64,000 bases of DNA from an uncultured Spirochaetota bacterium (GTDB taxonomy: Bacteria; Spirochaetota; UBA4802; UBA5550). The stretch covers positions 32,001 through 96,000 of the forward strand of contig CAWHAA010000010.1 in the NCBI GenBank assembly GCA_963827275.1, read 5' to 3'. This document shows positions 1 through 9,201 of the stretch, piece by piece. How positions within the stretch are numbered: position 1 is the stretch's first letter; each line of letters starts with the position of its first letter. The notes under the pieces were generated by a model, which saw nothing but the letters and a program-made list of their open reading frames with translations, did not search any database and had not been told where the DNA came from. The position numbers and the translations under genes were made by a program.

Positions 1-1522
1 TGGCCAGCGCCTCGTGCGTGAGCGGCTGGCGCTTCTCGCGCGCGCAGAGGTCCCGCACGGCGCCGATCGCGGCCGTGTCAAGCCGGTACGCGGGCGGGGT
101 CCCGCGCCCGTCCCGTTTCCTTTTTCCGTTGATGTAATCGAGCGATCCGCGGAGCGCGCGCACCGATTGCATGGCCGAGCTGAAAGTCGGGTACGGATGG
201 TTCATGCTGATATCGGCGACTTCCGCCGCCTCGGAGATCAGGGTGACGGCGACCGGCCTGCGGTGCTTCTGGACCAGATCCCTGACCCCGTTCAGGAACG
301 TACGCGACATCTCTGCTTCATAGCTTGACTGGTAGAGGTGGTTGAAGATGATGCCGTCGATCCCATCGATGGCCATCGTCTCCTCGAGTATCTTCGTGAA
401 GATCGTGTAATCGAAGATCTCGCCCAGGTCGAGCGGGTTCTGGTGGGCGATGACCCTGGTGTTGTATATCGAGCGTATCTTCTCGAGAAATTCCGCTGAA
501 AAATCAACGAGCTCGAGCCCGTATTCGGCGCAGGCGTCAACCGTGATGACCGCGTGGCCGCCCGAGCGGGAGAGGACCGCGAGCCGCGGTCCGCGGAGCG
601 GCGGCAGCTTGAGCGCCTTCGCCGCGACGATCAGCTCGTCCTCGCTGTTCACGCGGATCATGGCGGCCTGCCTGATCGCCGCGTCCACCACGTCGTCGTT
701 CGACGAAAGGGCGGCGGTGTGCGACTGCGCCATTTTCGCCGTCATCGGGTACCGGTTCGACTTGAAGACGATGACCGGCTTGGGCGATTTCATCGCCGCC
801 TCGAAGAAGGCGCGCCCGCGCGAAAACCCCTCGAGGTACATGAGGATCGATTTCGTGCTGGTGTCCTGGATCAGGTACTCGAGAAAATCTACCTCGTCAA
901 GATCAAGCTTGTTCCCGACCGCGATGAATTTATTGAAGAAGACATTGTTCTCCTTGACGATACGCAGCAGCGAGTCTCCCACCCCGCCGCTCTGGGTGAC
1001 GATCGACACCGAGCCGCTTTTGATCCCCTCGCCCTTGAAGATGGCAAACGGCATCATCAGATGGTGCTTCGCGCAGATGGTCCCGATGCAGTTCGGGCCG
1101 ATGATCCGCATGCCGTTTTCACGCGCGATCGACATCACCTCATTCTCGAGTGCGCTGTCGCGCGAATACTCGCTGAACCCGCCCGATTCTATGACAATGT
1201 ATTTTATTCCCTTGCGGGCGCACTCACGCATCATCCCCGGCACCGTCCCGGCCGGGGTGATAATGATCGCGACCTCGGGTGTTTCGGGCAGGTCGGCCAC
1301 GCTGGCGAAGACCGGCACGCCTTCAAGCTCGCCGGCATCCTTGCCTACGCCGTACAGCCTGCCCTTGAACCCGATATGATGGTTGTTTAAAAGTATAATC
1401 TTGCCGAGGTTGAGACGCTTGATTGAAACACCGATAACGACCATGCTTTCAGGATAGAAATACGCGTCAAGGCTGTGCTTTTTGATGATTTTGTGATCTT
1501 TTTTATCGTGGGTAGGGTTCAT
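1..1522 (-). CDS. Acyl/acetate-CoA ligase (ADP-forming), fused alpha-beta type; C-terminus runs off the window edge
   Basis: Absent from the ORF track (no stop in window). Manual translation from ATG 1522 gives MNPTHDKKDHKIIKKHSLDAYFYPESMVVIGVS...LPETPEVAIIITPAGTVPGMMRECARKGIKYIVIESGGFSE, a CoA-binding domain. The same frame is open at ~361 and at the edge (VRDLCAREKRQPLTHEALA, start of the ATP-grasp part). Confidence 0.88.
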   Translation of the reverse strand, partial: MNPTHDKKDHKIIKKHSLDAYFYPESMVVIGVSIKRLNLGKIILLNNHHIGFKGRLYGVGKDAGELEGVPVFASVADLPETPEVAIIITPAGTVPGMMRECARKGIKYIVIESGGFSEYSRDSALENEVMSIARENGMRIIGPNCIGTICAKHHLMMPFAIFKGEGIKSGSVSIVTQSGGVGDSLLRIVKENNVFFNKFIAVGNKLDLDEVDFLEYLIQDTSTKSILMYLEGFSRGRAFFEAAMKSPKPVIVFKSNRYPMTAKMAQSHTAALSSNDDVVDAAIRQAAMIRVNSEDELIVAAKALKLPPLRGPRLAVLSRSGGHAVITVDACAEYGLELVDFSAEFLEKIRSIYNTRVIAHQNPLDLGEIFDYTIFTKILEETMAIDGIDGIIFNHLYQSSYEAEMSRTFLNGVRDLVQKHRRPVAVTLISEAAEVADISMNHPYPTFSSAMQSVRALRGSLDYINGKRKRDGRGTPPAYRLDTAAIGAVRDLCAREKRQPLTHEALA

Positions 1523-1534
1523 AGCTGTACACTC

Positions 1535-1586
1535 ATTGAATAAATGTTCAATAAATACACTATAAATTCATATCCTGACCTGTCAA
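1535..1586 (-). promoter_or_regulatory. Candidate sigma70 promoter (TTGACA-N16-TATAGT) with a downstream palindromic operator ATTGAA-N6-TTCAAT
   Basis: -35 at 1586-1581 and -10 at 1564-1559 on the minus strand; inverted repeat at 1535-1552 just before the ligase start. Confidence 0.5.
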
Positions 1587-1606
1587 GTATAAGCGCGTCT
1601 GAAAAA

Positions 1607-2551
1607 TTATTTATTGCCTATCACCAGCTGCCACGCGGGATCTGAAAGCGGTACGACCGTTATATCCGTGAAGCCCGCGTCATTGAGCCATCCGGTATAT
1701 TCCTCTCGCGAATAGATGTCTCCCAGGGGGCTCTGGGTGACCATATGCAGGGCGAGGGTCGCACCGAGATAGCTTTCCCCGCGCAGGTTGTCAAATATCA
1801 CGATGATGCCGTGGTCAGCAATGTGCTCGTGGCACATCCTGATAATCCCGGCATTGTCCGACGGCGACTGCCCGTGGCAGAGGTTCCCGAGGAAGGCGAT
1901 GTCATAGGTCCCCGCGGGGAGCGATTTCGTTGCGTCCCCCTCCGCGAGCTCGATCCCCGGCAGGCCGGTGAGCTCGTCCCGCGTCACCGCGATCGCTTCC
2001 GGAAGGTCATAGACGATCGTGCGCACGTCGTGCAGGGCGAAGAGCCGTGCGACGGTACCCGGCGCGCCGCCGATGTCCGCCGCGACTTTCGCGTGCGGGC
2101 AGCGCTCAAGGCAGAGGTCCACTATCTCCGGCGCGACCTGCTTCTTCCAGGGAGAGTCCATGCCCTTTATGAAATCGACCATGGAAAAGCCTTCATAGCT
2201 CGCGAGGTCAGGTTTTCCGTTTTTTAAAACATACGGGAGCGAGCGCCACGGGTTTATGAGGTAGAGCAGGAAATTCCAGAAATCACCCTCGTACCCGGGG
2301 CCGCCGGCGTTGACGAGGCGCTCGCGGGCATCGTCCGTGACATTGTAGGCGCCTCCCGAAACGGTGCAGTACCCCATCTCGACCAGGGCCTCGAGCAGCA
2401 CCCTCGTCACCCGTGCGTCGAAGTCCATACGGCGGGCAAGGCCCTCCGCGGAGTCCGGCACGCGGGCGAGCTCGGCCAGCACGCCGAGCCGGTGCGCAAT
2501 CCCGACAAAGATCGTCTCTTCCATGGCCCGCTGTAAATCGCGTAGTTTCAT
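1607..2551 (-). CDS. SAM-dependent O-methyltransferase (dimerisation domain + Methyltransf_2 type)
   Basis: N-terminal winged helix (LGVLAELARVPDSAEGLARR), DIGGAPG SAM motif, YDLPEAI, GNLCH. Confidence 0.85.
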   Translation of the reverse strand: MKLRDLQRAMEETIFVGIAHRLGVLAELARVPDSAEGLARRMDFDARVTRVLLEALVEMGYCTVSGGAYNVTDDARERLVNAGGPGYEGDFWNFLLYLINPWRSLPYVLKNGKPDLASYEGFSMVDFIKGMDSPWKKQVAPEIVDLCLERCPHAKVAADIGGAPGTVARLFALHDVRTIVYDLPEAIAVTRDELTGLPGIELAEGDATKSLPAGTYDIAFLGNLCHGQSPSDNAGIIRMCHEHIADHGIIVIFDNLRGESYLGATLALHMVTQSPLGDIYSREEYTGWLNDAGFTDITVVPLSDPAWQLVIGNK

Positions 2552-2692
2552 CTGATTGTTCTCCGTTACCGTACTGACATCGTCTCCAGCTACTGCGAAC
2601 GGTGATGGCGCTCATTGTCAATTATTTTATCCTCCAGCCGTTGAAAGATTGCTTGACATTCGCGCGCCCGGAGCCCTTTCTATTCAGTCATT

Positions 2693-3850
2693 ATGGACCT
2701 TTCCCTTTCAAAATCCCAGCTGATGATCCGCACAAACATGCGCAAGTTCGCGGCCGACGTGCTCGATGAGTGGGCCAATGTCCTTGACCGCGACTCGAAG
2801 CCCCTGCCCGCCGACGTCGTAACGGAGATGGGCAGGCTCAACATCTGGGGCATACAGGCGCCGGAGCGCTTCGGCGGCGCTGGTCTCGACACCGTCAGCT
2901 ATTCCATCGTGATCGAGGAGATATCACGCGTGAGCGCCGCGGTCGGCCTCGGCGTCACAGTGCACAATTCCGTCTGCCTCGCGCCGCTCCTGAAGTTCGG
3001 CACCCAGGAGCAGGCGGAACGGTTCGCCCCCGACCTTGCGACCGGGAAGAAGATCGGCGGCTTCACCGTGACCGAGCCGCAGGCCGGCTCCGACGCCTCT
3101 TCCATACAGACCAGGGCGGTCCCCGACGGCGATCATTACGTCATCAACGGCCAGAAGGCCTTTGTCACCAACGGCGGCATCGGCGACCTGTTCCTCGTGG
3201 CCGCCTCCCTTGACCCCGCGAAAAAGTCGAAGGGCATCGCCATTTTTATCGTCGAAAAGAGCATGGAAGGGTTCGAGGTCGGCAAGATCGAGGACCTGAT
3301 GGGGATGCGCGGCAACATGGTGTCAGAGCTTATTTTCAACAACGTGCGCGTACCGAAAGAAAACGTCCTGGGCCGGCCCGCGGACGGCTTCAAAATATCG
3401 ATGCAGACCCTCGACATCGGCCGCATCGGGATAGCGGCGCAGGCCCTCGGCATCGGGACCGCGGCCTACGAGGCTGCCGCCACCTACGCCATGGAGCGCA
3501 AGCAGTTCGACCGTCCCATCGGCACCTTCCAGGCCGTCTCCTTCATGCTCGCGGACATGAAGACGCACCTTGACGCGTCGCGCCTGCTGATATACCGGGC
3601 GGCGGACCTCAAGGACAGGGGCCGGCCCTATTCCACCGAATCCGCCATGTGCAAGCTGTATGCATCTTCGACCGCCATGCAGGTATGCATGCAGGCGCTC
3701 CAGATCTTCGGCGGCTACGGCTACGTGAAAGACCTCCCGGTCGAGCGCTTCTTCCGGGACGCGAAGATCACCGAGATATACGAGGGGACCTCCGAGGTCA
3801 TGAAGATCATTATCGGCAACGACATCATCAGGGAATTCAACAGGTTTTAG
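2693..3850 (+). CDS. Acyl-CoA dehydrogenase (butyryl-CoA dehydrogenase-like)
   Basis: TEPQAGSD, INGQKAFVTNG, GRIGIAAQALG, QIFGGYGY and ITEIYEGTSE motifs. Confidence 0.95.
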   Translation: MDLSLSKSQLMIRTNMRKFAADVLDEWANVLDRDSKPLPADVVTEMGRLNIWGIQAPERFGGAGLDTVSYSIVIEEISRVSAAVGLGVTVHNSVCLAPLLKFGTQEQAERFAPDLATGKKIGGFTVTEPQAGSDASSIQTRAVPDGDHYVINGQKAFVTNGGIGDLFLVAASLDPAKKSKGIAIFIVEKSMEGFEVGKIEDLMGMRGNMVSELIFNNVRVPKENVLGRPADGFKISMQTLDIGRIGIAAQALGIGTAAYEAAATYAMERKQFDRPIGTFQAVSFMLADMKTHLDASRLLIYRAADLKDRGRPYSTESAMCKLYASSTAMQVCMQALQIFGGYGYVKDLPVERFFRDAKITEIYEGTSEVMKIIIGNDIIREFNRF

Positions 3851-3854
3851 CCCC

Positions 3855-4646
3855 ATGCTCTCCATCATCGCATGCATAAAGCAGGTGCCCGACACGCAGA
3901 AGGCGCTCTTCGACCCGAAGACCGGCACCATCGACCGCAGCGGCGCCGGCAACATCATGAACCCCGACGACCTGCACGCCGTCGAAATGGCCCTCTCCAT
4001 CCGGGACCGGTACGGCGCCCGCGTCACCGCGCTCACCATGGGCCCGCCCCAGGCGGAGGACGTCCTGAGCGAGGCCTATGCCCTCGGCGTCGACGACGGC
4101 GTGCTCATCTCCGATCCGCGTTTCGCCGGGTCCGATTCTCTCGTCACGAGCAACATCCTCTCGCGCGCCATCACCAGGCTCGGCCCGTGCGACATCGTCG
4201 TCACCGGCTGCGAGGCCATCGACGGCAACACGGCCCATGTCGGGTACCAGCTCTCTGAATTCCTCGCGATGCCCCTCATGACGCAGATACACAAGTTCTT
4301 GATCGACGACGGGTACGCCGTCATAGAGCGTCTCTACGGCCACGAGTACCAGAAGATCCGCGTCCGCCTCCCTGTCCTGCTCAGCATGGGGAAAAACAGC
4401 AACCGGGTGCGCATCCCGCGCCTGGTCGACATAAAGGATTCCGGTGAAAAGCCGATATCGCTCATGACCATGAACGACATCGGCGGGACCGAAGGGGAAT
4501 ACGGCGCCGCCGGGTCGCCAACCGTGGTGATCAAGACCGAGATCTTTTCGCACAAGCGCGGACGCGAGGTATTGGCGGGCGGGATAGACGACAAGGTGGA
4601 CGCGCTGGTCCACAAGCTCAAAAAACAGAACATTTTACGGTACTGA
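3855..4646 (+). CDS. etfB: Electron transfer flavoprotein beta subunit (FixA family)
   Basis: IKQVPD, MNPDD, TMGPPQA, AIDGNTAHVG, GSPT motifs. Confidence 0.93.
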   Translation: MLSIIACIKQVPDTQKALFDPKTGTIDRSGAGNIMNPDDLHAVEMALSIRDRYGARVTALTMGPPQAEDVLSEAYALGVDDGVLISDPRFAGSDSLVTSNILSRAITRLGPCDIVVTGCEAIDGNTAHVGYQLSEFLAMPLMTQIHKFLIDDGYAVIERLYGHEYQKIRVRLPVLLSMGKNSNRVRIPRLVDIKDSGEKPISLMTMNDIGGTEGEYGAAGSPTVVIKTEIFSHKRGREVLAGGIDDKVDALVHKLKKQNILRY

Positions 4647-4649
4647 CGC

Positions 4650-5693
4650 ATGAAAGGCAACCATGGCAATATGAACGGATGTTCCGGGGACGTCTGGGTC
4701 TTCACAGAGATACAGGACCACGAGCGGCTGCTCGACGGCGCGCTCGAGCTCCTTACCAGGGGGCGCGATATCGCCGACTCGCTCGGGTCGAAGCTCTGGG
4801 CCGTCGTCTTCGCCCTTGACGCGGAGCAGTACCTCCCCGAGGTTGAGCGCTACGGCCCTGACGTGATACTCTACTGCAGCGACCGCGGCCTGAAGCACTA
4901 CGACAGCCAGGTCTTTCCCGACATGTACACGTCACTTATTGAAAAGCACCGCCCCGCGATCGTACTCTTTCCCTCGACGGAAGCCGGGTCCGACCTGGCG
5001 CCCCGGCTCGCGCAGCGCTTTGCCACGGGCCTTACCTCGCACTGCACCGGCCTCTCGGTCGAGCGCTTCGAGGAATACGGCCGTTCTCTCCTGGTGATGC
5101 AGCGGCCCGCCTACAGCGGCAACGCCATCGCCACGGTGATCTGCCCCCGCACCCTGCCCCAGATGGCCACGGTGCAGCAGGGTGTGTTTGACAAGAAGGA
5201 ATCAGCGCGGAGAGCGACTGCAACCATCAGCCTGCCGTTCGAGTATGATGTGAAAAAACTCAAGATAGCGAGCCTTGAGGCGCCGGTCCGATGGGACAAG
5301 CCGAAGGTCCCGCTCGAGCAGGCGGGCGTCGTCATAACCGGAGGTCGCGGCCTCGGGTCAAAGCGCAATTTCGACAAGCTGTTCGAGCTTTCCGGGCTTC
5401 TGGAGGGAGAGGTGGGGGCCACGCGGGTGCCGGTTTTCAACGGGTGGTGCGGCGAGGAACGCATGATCGGCCAGACGGGCAAGACAATACGCCCGCGCCT
5501 GTATCTCGGGTTCGGGGTCTCCGGGCAGATACAGCACACCGCCTCGATCGTGGACTCGGAGATCATCGTATCGGTCAACACCAACCGCGACGCCCCGATA
5601 ACCGCCATATCAGATTACGTGGTCACGGAGGACGCGGGCATGTTCCTCACGAGGCTCATAGACCGCCTGCGCGGGGAAAAACGCGTGCAGTGA
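4650..5693 (+). CDS. etfA: Electron transfer flavoprotein alpha subunit (FixB family)
   Basis: GGRGLG, GATR, MIGQTGKTIRPRLY, GVSGQIQH motifs. Confidence 0.93.
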   Translation: MKGNHGNMNGCSGDVWVFTEIQDHERLLDGALELLTRGRDIADSLGSKLWAVVFALDAEQYLPEVERYGPDVILYCSDRGLKHYDSQVFPDMYTSLIEKHRPAIVLFPSTEAGSDLAPRLAQRFATGLTSHCTGLSVERFEEYGRSLLVMQRPAYSGNAIATVICPRTLPQMATVQQGVFDKKESARRATATISLPFEYDVKKLKIASLEAPVRWDKPKVPLEQAGVVITGGRGLGSKRNFDKLFELSGLLEGEVGATRVPVFNGWCGEERMIGQTGKTIRPRLYLGFGVSGQIQHTASIVDSEIIVSVNTNRDAPITAISDYVVTEDAGMFLTRLIDRLRGEKRVQ

Positions 5694-5701
5694 CCCGTCA
5701 G

Positions 5702-6877
5702 CTACCGGCGCACCACCATCGCGACCGCTTCCCCGCCGCCAAGGCAGAGCGTGGCGAGGCCGAGGTGCTTGTCCCGCCGTTCCATCTCGTAGAGCAGCGT
5801 CACCAGGACGCGGCACCCGCTCGCGCCGATCGGGTGCCCCATGGCGACGCACCCGCCGTTCACGTTGACCCTGTCCCAGTCGAGCCCGAGCTCCCGAACC
5901 ACCGCGACCGAAGACCCGCTGAACGCCTCGTTGATCTCAACGAGATCGAGGTCCTGTATCGATATCCCTTCTTTTTTCAGGCACTTTGGCACCGCGTAGA
6001 TCGGGGCCACGAGCACGTACTTCATGTCGATGCCATGGGAGGCCTGCGCCCCGACCGTGGCCCTGACCGTGCAACCGAGCTCCTTCGCCTTTTCCCGCGA
6101 CATCACCACCACGGCGGCGGCGCCGTCGCTGATCAGCGAGGCGTTCCCGGCCGTGGTGATACCGCCCTCCTTGAAGGCGGGTTTCATTTTAGATAGCTGC
6201 TCGTATGAAGTCTCCTGGGGGCACTCGTCCGTGTCGAACGCGACGGTCCCGCCCTTCCGCTGCGGTACCATGACCGGCACGATCTCGTCCTTGAACCTGC
6301 CCTCCCTGATCGCCGCGAGCGCCCGGCGGTACGATTCGGCGGCATGCCGGTCCTGCATTTCCCTGGTTATGCCGTATTTTTCCGAACAGAGCTCGTTGGA
6401 TATCCCCATGTGAAAATTGTTGACGATGTCCCATATCCCGTCATGGACCATGTGGTCCTCTATTTTGCCCGTGCCCATCCGGTAGCCGAACCGCGCCTTT
6501 TCCAGGTAATAAGGCGCCATGCTCATGCTCTCCATGCCGCCCGCAACAACAACGTCAGCGTCGCCCGCAGCTATCGCCTGGGCGGCAAGCATGACCGCCT
6601 TGAGCGACGATCCGCACACCTTGTTTATGGTCAGGGCGCCGACTTCCCACGGCATGCCCGCCATGATCGCCGACTGTTTGGCGGGGTTCTGGCCGTAGCC
6701 GCAGGGGAGCACGTTTCCCATGATCACCTCGTCGACGTCCTCCTTGCGTATGCCCGCCCGCTGTATCGCCTCTTCGATCACGATTGCGCCGAGCTTCGTC
6801 GCGCCGACGTTCGAAAGCGTCCCGTTGAAGTTCCCCAGGGCCGTCCTGCAGCCGCTTACAATCACTGTATCTTTCAC
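5702..6877 (-). CDS. atoB: Acetyl-CoA C-acetyltransferase (thiolase)
   Basis: NKVCGS, NEAF, GHPIGASG and CLGGG catalytic motifs; GTG start. Confidence 0.95.
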   Translation of the reverse strand: MKDTVIVSGCRTALGNFNGTLSNVGATKLGAIVIEEAIQRAGIRKEDVDEVIMGNVLPCGYGQNPAKQSAIMAGMPWEVGALTINKVCGSSLKAVMLAAQAIAAGDADVVVAGGMESMSMAPYYLEKARFGYRMGTGKIEDHMVHDGIWDIVNNFHMGISNELCSEKYGITREMQDRHAAESYRRALAAIREGRFKDEIVPVMVPQRKGGTVAFDTDECPQETSYEQLSKMKPAFKEGGITTAGNASLISDGAAAVVVMSREKAKELGCTVRATVGAQASHGIDMKYVLVAPIYAVPKCLKKEGISIQDLDLVEINEAFSGSSVAVVRELGLDWDRVNVNGGCVAMGHPIGASGCRVLVTLLYEMERRDKHLGLATLCLGGGEAVAMVVRR

Positions 6878-6920
6878 GATCTTCCCCCAGACTGATTATA
6901 ATATTCTATGATTTCCCGCA

Positions 6921-7688
6921 CTACCTGGGCGCCATGCGCAGTGCGCCGTCAAGGCGTATCGTTTCACCGTTGATCATCGTGTTGGCAATGACATGGAGCA
7001 CCAGGCCGGCGTATTCATCCGGCTTCCCCATGCGCTGGGGAAACGGCACGCTCTTCCCGAGAGACGCCTTCACCTCTTCCGGGAAAGCCGCCATCATCGG
7101 CGTATCGAAAATTCCCGGGGCGATCGTGACGTTACGTATCCCGTTCGACGAGAGGTCCCTCGCTATTGGAAGGGTCATTCCCACGATGGCCGCCTTGGAC
7201 GCGGCGTAGGCAGCCTGGCCGATCTGGCCATCGAACGCCGCGATCGAGGCGGTGTTGATGATGACGCCCCGCTCGCCGTCTTCGTTCGGGGTGTTCTCCG
7301 TCATCTTCGCCGCCGCGAGGCGGATCGCATTAAACGTCCCCGTGCAATTGATCTTCATGACGCGTTCAAACAGGGCCAGGTCCATGGGCCCCTTTTTCCC
7401 GACCGTTTTGGCGGACGCGGTTATCCCCGCAGCATTGACGAGGACGTTTATTCTTCCGAAAGCGGCAATGGCGGCATCCACGGCTGTTGCAACGTCTGCT
7501 TCGGACGTGACATCAGTTTTGCAGAATATGACCTTATCGCCGATCTCCCCGAGAAGCTCCATCCCGCCCGCCTCGTCCAGATCGAGGATGGCAACGCTGC
7601 CGCCGCTGGTCCCGATCGCCCGCACGACCGCTGCGCCGAGGCCGGACGCGCCTCCCGTCACCAGCGCGCATACTTTGGATATGTTCAT
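6921..7688 (-). CDS. SDR 3-hydroxyacyl-CoA dehydrogenase type II (HSD17B10-like)
   Basis: TGGASGLG, NAAG, GERGVIINTASIAAFDGQIGQAAYAASK, IRLDGALRM; start reset to MNISK at 7688. Confidence 0.9.
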   Translation of the reverse strand: MNISKVCALVTGGASGLGAAVVRAIGTSGGSVAILDLDEAGGMELLGEIGDKVIFCKTDVTSEADVATAVDAAIAAFGRINVLVNAAGITASAKTVGKKGPMDLALFERVMKINCTGTFNAIRLAAAKMTENTPNEDGERGVIINTASIAAFDGQIGQAAYAASKAAIVGMTLPIARDLSSNGIRNVTIAPGIFDTPMMAAFPEEVKASLGKSVPFPQRMGKPDEYAGLVLHVIANTMINGETIRLDGALRMAPR

Positions 7689-7823
7689 GAGGCCCCCCCA
7701 CGAAAAAATTGAGCTATCACAGCGCATCTGATATTTTTTGTCAATAATTTCTGGCGGGAAAATTAACGCATGCCGGGGACAGGGGTGAAGGCAGGCATGC
7801 AGCCCGTATGCGGCTCCATACAG

Positions 7824-9041
7824 CTATTTTGCGGGATGGGGGGCGATATTCCCCCTGTCGTCGGTCTTTACTACGTAATAGTCGGTCAGGCTCGCGGGCC
7901 AGTCTTCAAGCTTTCCCGCCAGTATGAATCCGCCGTCATGGGCTATGGCAAAACAGTTCAGCAGGATATTGAACCGTCCCGCGCCGTAAAATTTTTCCCA
8001 GAGTTTGTTGCCCCGGGCGTCAAGCCTGAGGAGCATGTAATGGTTGCCGGCTGCCCCGATCCTGGTGCCGCCGCAGATAATGCCGCTGTCCGCCGTTTCA
8101 TAGCACGCCCGTACCGAGCAGCTTTCCGCGGTGCCGTAGTTCTTTTCCCAGAGCCGGTTCCCGTTCGCGTCCAGGCGGATAACGAGAAAATCGTGCTCCG
8201 CCCTCCCGGCCGTTATCGACGAGCTTGCCGCCACGATGAGCCCGCCGTCCGCTGTTTCGGCCGCATACCGGCCCGCGTCCTGACCCGCGCCGCCAAAGGT
8301 CTTGTCCCAGGCGACCTGGCCCTCGGCGTCAAGCTTCATGACCCGAACGTCCTGGTTTGTCTGGCCGCCCTGGCCGTAGGCCTGGCCGTGCCTGACCCCG
8401 GCAAGGACAAATCCGCCGCCCCGCGTCGTCGCAACGCCCCCGGGGGTGAACCCGTCGAGGTCCGCGGCAACCTTCTTCACCGACATGACGTTCCCGTTCT
8501 TGTCCACCACAAGCATGAGCGATTTGCTGTCGCCGCGTCCCAAAAGGAGCGCGGCGATGTTTCTGTTCGCCATCTCAGCTACCGCGAGAATGCCGGTCGC
8601 GTTATTGAGGTCGTATTTCCTGTCCCATATGACCTTCGCCGAATCATCGATCCGCGTGAGGCCGAGGGAAAAATATTTTTTACCGCCGAAGATAAACCCT
8701 TCGTCAAAGGCCGCGTTGAACACCCCCGGGTACGCAGTGTAGACGTTCCTGTCCCCTGCGGGGAACCGTATCCAGCTCACGGAGCCGCTTTTATCGAGCT
8801 TGACGACGGACATGCCGCACGGGTCATCATCGCCGTTGGCGCAACGCGCGTCGCCGGATATGATATACCCGCCGTCCTTCATGACGAATATCCTGGCCGG
8901 TAGGTCCTCGGTCTTTCCGCCGGCCTTTTGCTCTGTCCCGAATATCTTCTGCCAGGTTACGAATTCAGGCTGCGCGTACAATATGACGGTGCTGAAGAGT
9001 ATGACTGCCAGTACCCGTACTGTTTTTATTCTTATGTGCAT
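7824..9041 (-). CDS. Secreted beta-propeller repeat protein of unknown function
   Basis: Signal-peptide-like N-terminus (VRVLAVILFSTVILYA); repeated LDxxGxxxW(D/E)KxxG and DGG blades. Confidence 0.7.
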   Translation of the reverse strand: MHIRIKTVRVLAVILFSTVILYAQPEFVTWQKIFGTEQKAGGKTEDLPARIFVMKDGGYIISGDARCANGDDDPCGMSVVKLDKSGSVSWIRFPAGDRNVYTAYPGVFNAAFDEGFIFGGKKYFSLGLTRIDDSAKVIWDRKYDLNNATGILAVAEMANRNIAALLLGRGDSKSLMLVVDKNGNVMSVKKVAADLDGFTPGGVATTRGGGFVLAGVRHGQAYGQGGQTNQDVRVMKLDAEGQVAWDKTFGGAGQDAGRYAAETADGGLIVAASSSITAGRAEHDFLVIRLDANGNRLWEKNYGTAESCSVRACYETADSGIICGGTRIGAAGNHYMLLRLDARGNKLWEKFYGAGRFNILLNCFAIAHDGGFILAGKLEDWPASLTDYYVVKTDDRGNIAPHPAK

Positions 9042-9166
9042 CTGATCCTCTGGAGCGCTGGGTATCCTTGGGATATACCTCATTAATTTCATTTACTGTC
9101 AATGATATTATGGGGAAATTGCGCTGCCGGCGCGGTAAAGAGAGAGTAATGGCGGGTTCACACAGT

Positions 9167-9193
9167 CCGGCCGGCCCGTAAATCGCCGGCCGG
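9167..9193 (-). terminator. GC-rich hairpin downstream of typA
   Basis: CCGGCCGGC-N9-GCCGGCCGG inverted repeat right after the typA stop; no clear U-tail. Confidence 0.4.
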
Positions 9194-9201
9194 CCGCTCG
9201 G

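Noticed and set aside
14..1390. Plus-strand ORFs of 104, 309 and 278 aa
   Set aside because: Antisense shadows of the minus-strand acyl-CoA ligase; no motifs.
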